In this document: in pieces, positions 37,355 to 48,223 of the stretch | Position numbering within the stretch: the first letter of the stretch is position 1 | Layout of the letters: each line of letters opens with the position of its first letter | Assembly: GCA_963674755.2 (NCBI GenBank) | Contig: CAXXVS010000002.1 | Coordinates: 160,001 to 224,000, forward strand | Length of the DNA stretch: 64,000 bases | Direction of reading: 5' to 3' | Origin: Desulfobacterales bacterium | GTDB taxonomy: Bacteria; Desulfobacterota; Desulfobacteria; Desulfobacterales; UBA5852 | Notes under the pieces: model-generated | The model's input: the letters and a program-made list of their open reading frames with translations, nothing else | What the model was told of the DNA's origin: nothing | Databases searched by the model: none | Position numbers and translations under genes: made by a program

Positions 37355-38077
37355 TCAAGAATTTTTTCCTTCGTCCGGAGGGGGCGCCGCGCCGTATTCC
37401 ATGTCTTCCAATTCCGGCTTTGATGCATGGTCTTCGTCCTGGGGAAATGCTATCGCCTTCTGACCATCCGTCCCTTTTTCATCCGCCGGATCGGATTCCG
37501 AGGCGGCATCGTCAGGCTCAACCGCTTCGGTGTCCGGGAACTCCATATCGATCTCCGCTCCCAGCGCTTCAATCTCTTTGGGAGATGGCAGATCGCGCAG
37601 ATCCTTAAGATTGAAAACTTCCAGGAATTGCCGCGTCGTGCCGTAAATCATCGGACGACCGGGGATATCCTTGCGACCCATCACGCGAATGAGTTTTTTT
37701 TCAAGCAGCATCCGCAGGACCCCCCCACAGTCGACGCCCCGGATGTGTTCCACGTCGGCGCGGATGATGGGCTGCTTGTAGGCGATAATCGCGAGCGTCT
37801 CCAGGGCCGCCCGGCTCAGACGGGCGGGGGAGGGTTTCAGCAACTTCTTGACCCATTCGCTGTATTCGGCGCGTGTGCGAAACTGATACCCCCCCGCAAT
37901 CTGCCGCAGTTCGAAACCGCCGCCGCGCTGGTCATATTCCACGATCAGTTCCTCAAGGGCGGATCGGATATCGTCGGACGCCTCGATTTCCAGAATGGAT
38001 TTAAATTGCTGGATGGAGAGGGGCTCTTCGGCGACGAACAGCAGACTCTCAAGGATATGTTTTAGCGGTTGGGTCAT
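37355..38077 (-). CDS. scpB: SMC-Scp complex subunit ScpB
   Basis: LSRAALETLAIIAYKQP..IRGV..PGRPMIYGTT. Confidence 0.93.
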   Translation of the reverse strand: MTQPLKHILESLLFVAEEPLSIQQFKSILEIEASDDIRSALEELIVEYDQRGGGFELRQIAGGYQFRTRAEYSEWVKKLLKPSPARLSRAALETLAIIAYKQPIIRADVEHIRGVDCGGVLRMLLEKKLIRVMGRKDIPGRPMIYGTTRQFLEVFNLKDLRDLPSPKEIEALGAEIDMEFPDTEAVEPDDAASESDPADEKGTDGQKAIAFPQDEDHASKPELEDMEYGAAPPPDEGKNS

Positions 38078-38787
38078 TGATAGAATATCCGAATTACACC
38101 TGTCGGAATATGCTGGGTAACACGGAGGAGACTGAGCTTGACCATTTCCAGGATGGCCAGAAAAGTGACGATCACATCCGCACGCGTACGGCTTTCGACA
38201 AAAAGCTCATCAAAGGCAAGCGATCCTTTTTCTTCGAGCAGATCGACGATCTGGTTGATGCGCTCCTTCACCGAAACCCGTTCGCTGTAAAGCTCCACAC
38301 GATGTTCGCCCGTCATGTCATCCAGAATCTTACGGAACGCATCGATCAGCTCAAAAAGTCCCACCTGGATCTCTTTTTCTTCGATGGCAAAAGCGGCCGT
38401 CTGTGTAGATGTAGCGCGAATAAAGGTCTTATCACCAAGCAGGTCACGGTCGGCCAGCTGCTGGGCGGCATTTTTCATTTGCAGGTACTCGATCAGCGGC
38501 CGGGCGATGGCGCTGCGGGGGTCTTCCTCGTCCTCGTCTTCGTTTTCATAGGCCGGCAGGAGCATGCGGGACTTGATATGGGTAAGTGTTGCCGCCATCA
38601 CGATAAACTCACCGGCGAACTCGATATTCATGGCTTTCATCCATTCCAGATATTCCAGATACTGCCGGGTGATCAGGGCAATGGGGATGTCGTAGATGTC
38701 CACCTCGTTTTTTTTGATGAGATGGACCAGGAGGTCCATGGGACCTTCAAAGACATCCTCCAAATGGATCTGATAGACATCTGTCAT
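38074..38787 (-). CDS. scpA: Segregation/condensation protein A
   Basis: FEGPMDLLVHLI..IKSRMLLP..TFLAILEM. Confidence 0.93.
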   Translation of the reverse strand: MTDVYQIHLEDVFEGPMDLLVHLIKKNEVDIYDIPIALITRQYLEYLEWMKAMNIEFAGEFIVMAATLTHIKSRMLLPAYENEDEDEEDPRSAIARPLIEYLQMKNAAQQLADRDLLGDKTFIRATSTQTAAFAIEEKEIQVGLFELIDAFRKILDDMTGEHRVELYSERVSVKERINQIVDLLEEKGSLAFDELFVESRTRADVIVTFLAILEMVKLSLLRVTQHIPTGVIRIFYQ

Positions 38788-38835
38788 GGGTGCGAGCGTT
38801 CCGGATCAGAGCGGATGGTACCGCCCGAAACGATG

Positions 38836-39858
38836 TTAGCTTAGCGCTGCAATGCCGACGGTACGACGAATTTGCGCTAAGAACGGTCTACTATATGCGC
38901 GGGCTTTACGGGCCCCCTCCTGAAGGACGCTTTCGATCTGCTCCGGGTGGTCGAGAAGTTCGAGGTAGCGGGCCCGCGGGCCCTTGAGGTGGTTGTTCAA
39001 ATACTCGAAAAGGTATTGTTTCATTTCTCCCCAGGCGATGCCTTTGGCGTAGCGGTCGCGTAGGGCGAGGGTTTCATCCGGTTGGGCAAAGGCCTGGAAA
39101 ATTTGAAAAAGGGTGCAGCTATCCGGGTTTTTGGGTTCCTCCGGGGCCTGGGAGTTGGTTTTGATTTTCATGATCAGCTTGCGCAGCTTCTTTTCGGGGA
39201 TAAAAAGCGGTATCGTGTTGTTATAGCTCTTGCTCATCTTCCGGCCGTCCAGCCCTTGCAGGACGGCCGTCTTATCATCGACCACGGCCTCCGGCAGAAC
39301 AAAGGTCGTTCCATAGGTATGATTGAACCGCATGGCAATGTCACGCGCCATTTCCAGATGTTGAATCTGATCCTTACCCACGGGCACCCGGGAAGCCTTG
39401 AACATCAATATATCGGCGGCCATAAGGATCGGATAGCTGAAAAGGCCCATGTTAATCCCCTTGTCGGGGTCCTTGGCTTTGAGCTCTTCATTTTCCTGCA
39501 CGGCCGCCTTATAGGCATGGGCCCGGTTCATCAGCCCCTTGGCGGTCATGCAGGTAATCATCCAGGTGAGTTCGGGAATTTCAGAAATATCGGACTGGCG
39601 ATAGAACAGACAGCGATCCGTATCCAATCCCAATGCCAACCAGGTGGCGGCCACCTCAAGCGTGGACTGACGCAACACGGCAGGATCATGGCATTTTACA
39701 AGGGCATGATAATCGGCCAGAAAATAAAAAGAAAGCGCCTCAGAACTACGGCTGGCCTGGATGGCAGGCCGAATGGCGCCCACGTAGTTGCCGATATGGG
39801 GAGTTCCCGTGGTGGTGATGCCGGTCAGAACGACAGTTTTGCTCATAACGCCTTCCAT
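38836..39858 (-). CDS. trpS: Tryptophan--tRNA ligase
   Basis: HIGN, VPVGKDQIQH and KMSKS motifs. Confidence 0.95.
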   Translation of the reverse strand: MEGVMSKTVVLTGITTTGTPHIGNYVGAIRPAIQASRSSEALSFYFLADYHALVKCHDPAVLRQSTLEVAATWLALGLDTDRCLFYRQSDISEIPELTWMITCMTAKGLMNRAHAYKAAVQENEELKAKDPDKGINMGLFSYPILMAADILMFKASRVPVGKDQIQHLEMARDIAMRFNHTYGTTFVLPEAVVDDKTAVLQGLDGRKMSKSYNNTIPLFIPEKKLRKLIMKIKTNSQAPEEPKNPDSCTLFQIFQAFAQPDETLALRDRYAKGIAWGEMKQYLFEYLNNHLKGPRARYLELLDHPEQIESVLQEGARKARAYSRPFLAQIRRTVGIAALS

Positions 39859-39879
39859 TTCCGCTGAGAACAGGATCAG

Positions 39880-42559
39880 TTAACAACAGGACGGATCGAT
39901 CAGGCGCCGGGCAAAATTCACTTCATCTTGGCGGGTCTCCAGGTGGCCATTCAGCTTTTGGTGAAGAATGGCATCCAAAATTTCCCGGTAACGGGGGCCG
40001 GGGCGAAGTCCCATAGCGCGCAGGTCTTTGCCCTTCAACAAGGGATGCACAAACCGCAGATGAACACAATAATGTGAAATCGCCTTTCGCACCCGTTCCG
40101 TTCGGGCGGTGGCCATCATATAGAGCACCAGTTCAGTCCGAAAGGGGGACAGCCGACGATATAGCTGGCTGTTGTCCGGCTGCTGGTCGCGTTCCAGGAT
40201 AGCCAGGCTTTTTTCCGCCGTAAAACGCTCCTTGCCGAATATGGCCTGCAATCGTGGTGCCAGTTCGAACCGCTGGCAGATCTCCATCGTGATCGCCGCG
40301 TCGCACGGCTGGATCAGTCCCATAAAATAAACGGCCCACTTCATATAGGATTCTTCCAGAAAAAGCAAATCATACCACGACACGACCTTCTTGATAGAAG
40401 TGAACAGCCGGGCCATGTCCTCTGTGAGTTCGATGGAAGGGTGGACCACTTTCAGCAGGTCAAAATCCTTGAGCCGGACAACGGCCGGAGCAGGGTTCTC
40501 TTCGGCCAGGATTTGACGCAATTCCGAGAACACCCGTTTGCCGCTCAAGCGTTGAAAGAAGTCCATACGAACGGCATTGCGAATCAGATTGGCCGTTAGT
40601 TTGCCGATGGTGAACCCGAAACGCTGCTCGAAGCGAATGGCCCGGAAAGCACGCGTGGGGTCTTCCACAAAGCTCAGATTGTGAAGGACGCGGACGGTTT
40701 TTTCCTTGAGGTCTTTTTGGGCCGTAAAAAAGTCGATCAGCGTGCCGAACTTTCCCGGGTTCAGGTGGATGCAAAGGGTATTGATGGTGAAATCCCGGCG
40801 AAAAAGGTCCAATTTAAGGGAACTCATCTCCACGGTGGGAAGGGCCGCCGGGAACTTGTAATACTCCATCCGGGCGGAAGCGATATCGAGCTTGAAACCA
40901 TCCGGGAAAATCACGACCGCGGTGCCGAATTTGGCGTGTGTATGAAGCCGCGCTTGCATTTCAAGGGCGAATTGGCGGGCAAAGGCGATCCCGTCGCCTT
41001 CGATGACGATATCAACGTCTTCATTGCGGCGATAGAGAAACAGGTCACGCACAAACCCCCCGATGGCATAGGCATTGAAATCGAGCGTTGCGGCGGTTTT
41101 CCCGATGTTTTGCAAAAGGGTGAGCAAGTGATCGTCCAGGCGTTCCCGCATGAATTTGGCGATGACGCGTGTCCGGGCATGGACCGTGAGCGATCCTGTC
41201 CCATCAGCCCCATTCTTTGATCGATCCTGGTTTCGGACGAGCAGATTGAGAAGATCGGTCCGCGTGATAACCCCCACAACCCCTGACGGAGTCACCACAG
41301 GCAGAATGCGCTGTTTGTTTTCAATAATTTTTTCCTGAATTTCGTCGAGGTCGGCATTGGGACCGACCTGCGCAATGTCGGTGGTCATATAGTCGGCCAC
41401 CTTGACATCGTCCAGGTGATGGTAGAGGGCCTTTTCAATCACCTGGCGGGTGATATACCCCAGCAGTTCATTCTTCCCCCGGTTGGTTCGGGTTGCGAGC
41501 AAGGCATTGATATTGTAGCGGTTCAGTAATTCGGCCGCCTGCCTACAGGTCAAATCGGCATCCACCGTGATGGGGGGCGCCGACATGACGTCCGCGGCTT
41601 TGCGACGGGGTTGGACCCTGTTGTAAAGCGTATCCACCAATTCATGCTCGGTCTGTGCCAGTGTTTTTTTCTTGACCGAGGCCGCCGCGGCATAGGCGTG
41701 GCCGCCGCCGCCAAAATCGGCCAATATCAGGGCCGTGTTTACCTCCTCAACGCGACTGCGGGCCACGATATGAATTTTGTTGTCCATGCGCGCAATGGCA
41801 AAAATGGCATCGATGTTTTCCATACGCATCATTTTGTGGACCAGAAAGGCAAAGTCCGGAACGTAGTGGCGTGTTGTGACGCTGGTGACCACGATTTCAA
41901 CGCCGTGGATATGGTGGCGGACCGCTCTTTGCAAAAGGTCGTTCAGGATGCCGACTTGTTCGGGCGTGATTTCACGGGTTATGAGGTCGTTGATGGTATT
42001 TAGATTCGCGCCTTGGGTGAGAAGCCAGGCTGCGGCTTTCAAATCACGCGCGGTCGTGGAAGGGAAGGTGAAGGCGCCCGTGTCTTCGTAAATACCGAGT
42101 CCCATGATGGTGGCCTCGTCGGCCGAGATGGCCAATTCCCTTTGGCAGATCATTTCCACTAGCAAGGTGACGCAGGCGCCGGTGTTTTCATGGACGACGA
42201 ATTGTCCTTCGATATCGTTCGCGGCGGGAGGATGGTGATCAAAAATATGGATTGCCACGGCCGGATCTTTCAGCAGACGTGCCATTTCCCCAATGCGTTT
42301 CGTCTGCCGGGTGTCAACCAAGACGAGGGTTTTGACCTGGGTAAAATCGATATCTTTGATATCGGCCATATTAAAGAGGTAGGCCATTGAGTTGACAAAA
42401 AAATTTCGCAGATTGGTCTCTTGTGAGCCGGGAAAGACGACCACGGCGTCGGCGTACAGTTTTTGGGCGGCCAACAATGAGGCCACGGCATCAAAGTCGG
42501 CATTGATGTGGGTGGTGATAACGGTCAGGTGCCTGTTTAATGGCGTATGGTCGTTGGTC
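39880..42559 (-). CDS. DHH-CBS-tRNA nucleotidyltransferase (A-adding/CCA family); start approximate
   Basis: THINADFD, DHH, GGGH, CBS pair, GGFVRD, DVD, DLFRRDFTIN, EDPTRAFRA. Confidence 0.88.
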
Positions 42560-42905
42560 ACGGGGTTACTCGATGTTGATCTGTGCTGGTGATGTCGCTC
42601 TCGCGACGAATCAGTCTTTGAGTGCAATGGACCTATGGACAGACATGTGACATAGAAAGCATGCTGAATCAAGTTTTGATGGAAGAATTGACAAACCCTA
42701 TAAAATTTTAGTATTTTAAGAACTTATGATGGTGGTTGCTGCGTCGCATGCGGTTATCCTTGTTGGATGCGCAGCGAATTGAAGAACAGACACCAGAGGC
42801 CGTGATGGCCCTGGCCCGTGGGGATAGAAGCGCCAGTCCATCCGGTTTGCAACGAAGCCTACAAACGTCATCGATTTTTCCCCAATGCTATGAGGAGGAT
42901 ATAGA

Positions 42906-44114
42906 ATGCCGGTCTACCTTTGGACGGGAAAGAACAGAAAAGGCGATACCCAGAAGGGGGAGATGGAAGCCGCCAATGAAAATGCGGTCCGGAATCATCT
43001 GACCCGATTAAAGATCACACCGGTCAGGATTAAAAAGAAGCCCAAAGACCTGCTGGAAAACGTCTCTTTTCTGCAACCAGGCGTCAAACAGAATGACGTC
43101 ATCTTGTTTTGCCGGCAGTTTTCGACGATGATCGATGCGGGCCTCCCTATCATTCAATGCCTCGATATCTTGCACAGCCAGCAAGAAAATCTGACTTTCA
43201 AGAAGATGCTGAAGAGCATCAAGGATAATGTAGAGAGCGGCAGTACCTTGGCCGAGGCATTGAAGGCTTATCCCAAACAATTCGACGATTTGTTTGTCAA
43301 CATGATACACGCCGGGGAAATGGGGGGTATTCTGGATACCATTCTCAGGCGATTGTCCACTTATATGGAAAAGGCGGCCAATTTAAAGCGCAAAGTCAAG
43401 GGCGCCATGACCTACCCTATCGTGACTCTGCTGATCGCCGTCGTGGTATTGGCGGTCATTCTTATTTTCGTAATCCCCGTGTTCCAGGAGATGTTCGCCG
43501 ATTTTGATTCCGAATTGCCGGTTCCGACGCAAATTGTCGTGGCCATGAGTGACTTTGCCAAGGCCAATTTCTTGTATGTATTGGTCGCGCTGGTATTGTT
43601 CGGTTTTGCCTTCCGGCGGTTCTACCGTACGGAAAAAGGGCGGGCCGTTGTCGATCGGACCCTTCTCCGGCTGCCCGTTTTCGGCGATTTGTTGCGAAAA
43701 GTGGCCGTGGCCAAATTTACGCGAACCATGGGTACCATGCTTTCCAGTGGCGTGGCCATTCTGGAGGCCCTCGATATCGTCGGTAAAACCGCCGGTAATA
43801 AAACCATTGAAGAGGCCATCATGAAAACGCGCAGCGGCATTTCCGAAGGTCGCACGATGGCGGACCCTCTGACCGAGAGCGGTGTTTTCCCGTCGATGGT
43901 GTGCCAAATGATATCCGTTGGGGAAGCGACTGGCGCGTTGGATGCCATGTTGGGCAAAATCGCCGATTTTTATGATGAGGAAGTCGATCAGTCCGTCGAA
44001 AACCTTACGGCCCTGATCGAGCCGTTCATGTTGGTATTCCTCGGAGTGACCATCGGCGGCCTGGTGGTGGCCATGTATCTGCCCATTTTCAAGATGGCCG
44101 GCGCCATTTCCTAA
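42906..44114 (+). CDS. pilC: Type IV pilus inner membrane platform protein (T2SS F family)
   Basis: QFSTMIDAG, GEMGG.LD, AMTYP, GEATG.LD, IEP, AMYLPIF. Confidence 0.93.
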   Translation: MPVYLWTGKNRKGDTQKGEMEAANENAVRNHLTRLKITPVRIKKKPKDLLENVSFLQPGVKQNDVILFCRQFSTMIDAGLPIIQCLDILHSQQENLTFKKMLKSIKDNVESGSTLAEALKAYPKQFDDLFVNMIHAGEMGGILDTILRRLSTYMEKAANLKRKVKGAMTYPIVTLLIAVVVLAVILIFVIPVFQEMFADFDSELPVPTQIVVAMSDFAKANFLYVLVALVLFGFAFRRFYRTEKGRAVVDRTLLRLPVFGDLLRKVAVAKFTRTMGTMLSSGVAILEALDIVGKTAGNKTIEEAIMKTRSGISEGRTMADPLTESGVFPSMVCQMISVGEATGALDAMLGKIADFYDEEVDQSVENLTALIEPFMLVFLGVTIGGLVVAMYLPIFKMAGAIS

Positions 44115-44115
44115 T

Positions 44116-44310
44116 GCGCGTCCGTAAATTGTATCTTTTGGCTCCTGGCGGCGTTCTTGCCTCCTGTCGGTCCTCGGCGCAGCCGGGTTACACCTGTGGG
44201 CGCTCGTCGGCTGCGGTTTTGTCGAGCACAGATGTGTTCAAAGAATCAGACGTGAAATCCCGCGCTGTGCGGCGGGACCAGGAACCAAAATCGACAGCCT
44301 CTGGATGGGC
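44116..44310. repeat. Degenerate palindromic REP/MITE-like element
   Basis: ttttggctcctgg (44136-44148) is inverted relative to ccaggaaccaaaa (44278-44290), 1 mismatch; intergenic. Confidence 0.4.
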
Positions 44311-44606
44311 AATACCTAAACAACAGTCATGGCTTCGTGACGCGCATATTTTCCGGACCGGATTCGTGCGTACACCCTTCTTTGAAAGGGGCGCCTAGGC
44401 GGGGTGTTGAATCGCTGAGGAGATGAAGAGCTGCACCGACCCGATGTGCTTAGGGAGAAAGGCGCCTTCCGTTCTCTCCCCCTTTACCAACGGGTCGGGT
44501 CGTCCATGGCCCTTCTATCTCCATGGCCCCCGCTTTCCGGCCGGCCAGAGCGCTAACGGCAAGAGAGGCGTGTTCGCATGGTAAGGCCATGCTGAAATCG
44601 GGGTCC

Positions 44607-45911
44607 ATGAATCTCTCCCAAGAAGCCCATCAGGAACTGAAGCAAAAGCTGCGCTGGTTGATCTTTTCGAGAGTCATTTTTACAACACTCTTGTTGGGGT
44701 CGACCCTGTTTATCCATATCAATCAGCCCTATCCGGCTGCCGAACCTCCTCTTCACACACTCTACGGTATCATATTCGTTCTGTTCGGATTATCCTTTTT
44801 CTATGCCCTTATCCGTTCCCACATTCAACGGGATGAGCTTTTTGCCTATGTCCAGGTTTCCATCGACAGTGTGGTGGTAACTTTTGTTATTTTCGTGACG
44901 GGCAGTTTTGGCAGTGTTTTCTCCTTCCTCTATTTGGTCATTATCATTTACACCAGTATGCTGCTCTATCGGAAGGGCAGCATCATCATCGCTTCGTTAT
45001 GCAGTCTGTTATATTTTTCATTGTTGCAGGCTGAATATCTGGGCTGGGTTCACCCCTTTGATTTTCGCAACACCATCGCCACTTCCTATTATGACTGGCA
45101 GTATGTTCTCTACAAAGTCGTTATAACGGCCATGGCCTGTTTCGCAGTTGCATTTCTTAGCAGCCTTCTGGCTGAGCAAGCACGGCGAACACGCAAAGAA
45201 CTCTATGCCATGAGCGCCCGGGTTCAACGGGTCGAGAAAATGGCCGCCGTTGGTGAAATGGGTGCCGGACTGGCGCATGAGATTAAAAACCCCTTGGCAT
45301 CCATTACCGGGTGTATCCAACTTTTACGCGATGAACTGCCCTATGACGCCGGGCGGGATAAATTGATGCGAATCGTCCTGCGGGAAGCGGACCGCCTGAG
45401 CGCGCTGGTAGGCAACTTCCTGCTGTTTGCACGCCCGCCTTCAGGCAAGAGCAGCCCCATTTCGCTCGATCAAGCCATACCCGAAACGATCAGCCTTTTT
45501 GAAAAGGATGAGCGCTGTCGCGATCGTATTACGATCCGACAAAGCGGACAAAAAGGGTTGTGGGTCGCGATGGATCCGGATCATTTCCGACAGGTATTGT
45601 GGAACTTGTTGCTGAATGCGGTCGAAGCCATCAAGGAAAACGGTTGGATCGATATACGGGTTGATGCCACGAAGGCCAAACAGGTCAACATCCGCATCAC
45701 GGATAGCGGATGCGGCATTCCCCCCGAGAACCTCAGCCATATTTTCGATCCTTTTTTTACCAGCAAACCCGACGGCACGGGGTTGGGGCTTTCCATCGTC
45801 CATACCATCCTCGAATCCCATGGCGGTTGGCTGGAAGTGGAGAGTGAGGATGGCCGGGGGACGACCTTCACCGTTAAGCTGACACGGTTGACATTACCGC
45901 CCGTTGGTTGA
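44607..45911 (+). CDS. pilS: Sensor histidine kinase PilS-like
   Basis: About 6 TM, AHEIKNPL, NLLLNA, DSGCGI, FDPFFTSK, GTGLGL; follows pilC. Confidence 0.82.
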   Translation: MNLSQEAHQELKQKLRWLIFSRVIFTTLLLGSTLFIHINQPYPAAEPPLHTLYGIIFVLFGLSFFYALIRSHIQRDELFAYVQVSIDSVVVTFVIFVTGSFGSVFSFLYLVIIIYTSMLLYRKGSIIIASLCSLLYFSLLQAEYLGWVHPFDFRNTIATSYYDWQYVLYKVVITAMACFAVAFLSSLLAEQARRTRKELYAMSARVQRVEKMAAVGEMGAGLAHEIKNPLASITGCIQLLRDELPYDAGRDKLMRIVLREADRLSALVGNFLLFARPPSGKSSPISLDQAIPETISLFEKDERCRDRITIRQSGQKGLWVAMDPDHFRQVLWNLLLNAVEAIKENGWIDIRVDATKAKQVNIRITDSGCGIPPENLSHIFDPFFTSKPDGTGLGLSIVHTILESHGGWLEVESEDGRGTTFTVKLTRLTLPPVG

Positions 45912-46273
45912 CTCTTTCGTGAAAATGGTTTAATTAGCCCGTTCATACCCATTCTTATAATGAGGTGTAACTCTTTGTAAGAATGGGATTTTTTTGTCTT
46001 AGAATTCAAAAAAGCTTGCGCGGACGCACGGACGTGTGGATAGGCAGCGAGTGGTTGCTTCGCAAATGGGTTTTCACATACGTGTAAGCGATTTGAATGC
46101 CCCCCGATTGACCCCGGTGCCTGAATTGCCTATAAGCCTCCCATAGGCCATGGGCTAATTTAAGGCCGCCATGGATATCATGCACAGATATTCGGATGGA
46201 AAGCTCCGCGGCTCTCGCCCGGACTGCGATGTGAAGTGCCCTATCGTGAGTGGTGACAGGTGATGTGATCTGA

Positions 46274-47509
46274 ATGGGATTTGAATTTTATATCGGGAAA
46301 CGCTACCTCCGGGCGCGGCGTGCGCAAGGTTTTATTTCCCTTATCAGCATCCTTTCCACGGCCGGGGTGACGGTCGGGGTGATGGCCCTCATTGTCGTCA
46401 TTGCTGTCATGACCGGGGCTCAGGCCGAATTCCGTTCCCGTATTTTAGGGGTCGACTCCCACGCCATCGTCATGCGCTATGGTGGTGATATCGCCAATTA
46501 CCGTAGTATGATCGATCAAATTAAGCAGGAAAAAGGGGTGCTATCGGCCCGCCCCTTCATTTACACCCAGTCCATGCTGCGCTCGGCCACGGGTTCTTCC
46601 GGTGCTGTATTGAAGGGGGTTGATCCCCCCTCGAAGACCGAAGCCTCCATCGACGGCATAGGCGAAGCCTTGCGAGAATTGTACGCCCCCCAGCAAGGTG
46701 ACGCGGATGCCCATGGGGTGATGCCCATCGTACTCGGCAAGGAGCTGGGACGAAAACTCGGTGTTACGGAGGGGGACACGGTTTACGTCATTTCTTTTCG
46801 TGGCATGGTTTCCCCGATCGGACATATCCCCACCATGACCAGGTTTCGAGTCGTGGGTTTTTTTGCTTCGGGCATGTATCAGTTCGATGAAGCCTATGCA
46901 TTCATACGGCTGGCCGATGCCCAGCGCATTCTGAAAATGGGCGACAAGGTCAGCGGTATCGAAATCAGGGTCAAGGATATTTATCAGGCCGATAAAATAG
47001 CCGCACAGATCAAAGAGAAATTGGGATTCCCTTACTGGACCAAAGACTGGATGCAGATGAACGCCAACCTTTTTTTCGCCCTCAAGCTCGAAAAAACGGC
47101 CATGTTCATCATCCTGACATTGATCGTGCTGGTGGCGGCGTTCAATATCGCCAGCACGCTTATTATGATGGTCATGAAAAAAACCAAGGACATTGCCATT
47201 CTGAAGGCTATGGGCGCCACCGACGGCAGCATCATGCGCATTTTCGTCATTAAAGGAATGGTGATCGGTGGATTCGGCACGCTTCTAGGCGTTCTTTTGG
47301 GGACCGCCATCTGTTATGTGTTGAAGCATTATCCCTTCATCAAACTGCCCGGCAATATATACTATTTTACGACCCTGCCGGTTCAGTTGCAGTTTTTTGA
47401 TGTCCTGACCATTGCGTTGGCGGCCATGGGGATTTGTTTTCTGGCAACCTTATACCCGGCAAAACAGGCGGCACGCTTGAATCCCGTCGATGCCATTCGT
47501 TATGGTTAA
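46274..47509 (+). CDS. lolE: Lipoprotein-releasing ABC transporter permease LolC/E
   Basis: IGKRYLRA..FIS, VAAFNIASTL, KDIAILKAMGA, YPAKQAARLNP. Confidence 0.92.
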   Translation: MGFEFYIGKRYLRARRAQGFISLISILSTAGVTVGVMALIVVIAVMTGAQAEFRSRILGVDSHAIVMRYGGDIANYRSMIDQIKQEKGVLSARPFIYTQSMLRSATGSSGAVLKGVDPPSKTEASIDGIGEALRELYAPQQGDADAHGVMPIVLGKELGRKLGVTEGDTVYVISFRGMVSPIGHIPTMTRFRVVGFFASGMYQFDEAYAFIRLADAQRILKMGDKVSGIEIRVKDIYQADKIAAQIKEKLGFPYWTKDWMQMNANLFFALKLEKTAMFIILTLIVLVAAFNIASTLIMMVMKKTKDIAILKAMGATDGSIMRIFVIKGMVIGGFGTLLGVLLGTAICYVLKHYPFIKLPGNIYYFTTLPVQLQFFDVLTIALAAMGICFLATLYPAKQAARLNPVDAIRYG

Positions 47510-47521
47510 GGGGATGAGACA

Positions 47522-48211
47522 TTGACGGGGCAGACTATTGTCACGATCGAAGGCCTGTCAAAACGTTATCCGACGGCGACCGGCCGACCGATCGAAATTC
47601 TCAAGGCTGTCGATCTCGAGCTCAATCGGGGCGATTCATTGGCGGTGGTCGGCGCTTCGGGGATCGGCAAATCCACTCTTTTACAGATTCTTGGCACCCT
47701 CGATCGTCCCAACAACGGTCGAATGTTCTTCCAAGGGGTCGATGTTTTCCGGTTGAACAAAGACCAGTTGGCCCGGCTCCGGAATCAGTCCATAGGATTT
47801 GTGTTTCAATTTCATCACCTGTTGCCTGAATTTACCGCGGTTGAGAATGTGATGATGCCGATGCTCATCGCAGGCCACAAACGGCGAGAAGCCTATCGCG
47901 AGTCCAGGCATATCCTGGAACGCGTGGGGCTTGATGAACGTATCGATCATCGTGTGACGGACTTATCTGGAGGCGAACAGCAGCGTGTGGCTCTGGCACG
48001 GGCGTTGATCCTAGGTCCGGCCTTGTTGCTGGCCGACGAACCGACGGGCAATCTCGACAAACAGACCGGAAAGCAGATTCATGAACTGCTCTTGGAGCTG
48101 AATCGTGAAATGCAGATGACGATGGTGGTCGTCACGCATAATCCTGAGCTCGCAGCCCTTTTATCCAGAAGCGTCACGATTGTGGACGGTAAATTGATCG
48201 AATTGAATTGA
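47522..48211 (+). CDS. lolD: Lipoprotein-releasing ABC transporter ATPase
   Basis: [38 protein letters not shown]. Confidence 0.92.
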   Translation: MTGQTIVTIEGLSKRYPTATGRPIEILKAVDLELNRGDSLAVVGASGIGKSTLLQILGTLDRPNNGRMFFQGVDVFRLNKDQLARLRNQSIGFVFQFHHLLPEFTAVENVMMPMLIAGHKRREAYRESRHILERVGLDERIDHRVTDLSGGEQQRVALARALILGPALLLADEPTGNLDKQTGKQIHELLLELNREMQMTMVVVTHNPELAALLSRSVTIVDGKLIELN

Positions 48212-48223
48212 GGAGTCTGGATA

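Noticed and set aside
42736..43002. pilT remnant or small gene upstream of pilC
   Set aside because: Overlaps the pilC start and has no convincing similarity
45912..46273. Riboswitch or ncRNA upstream of lolE
   Set aside because: Promoter-like hexamers only; no recognisable riboswitch consensus
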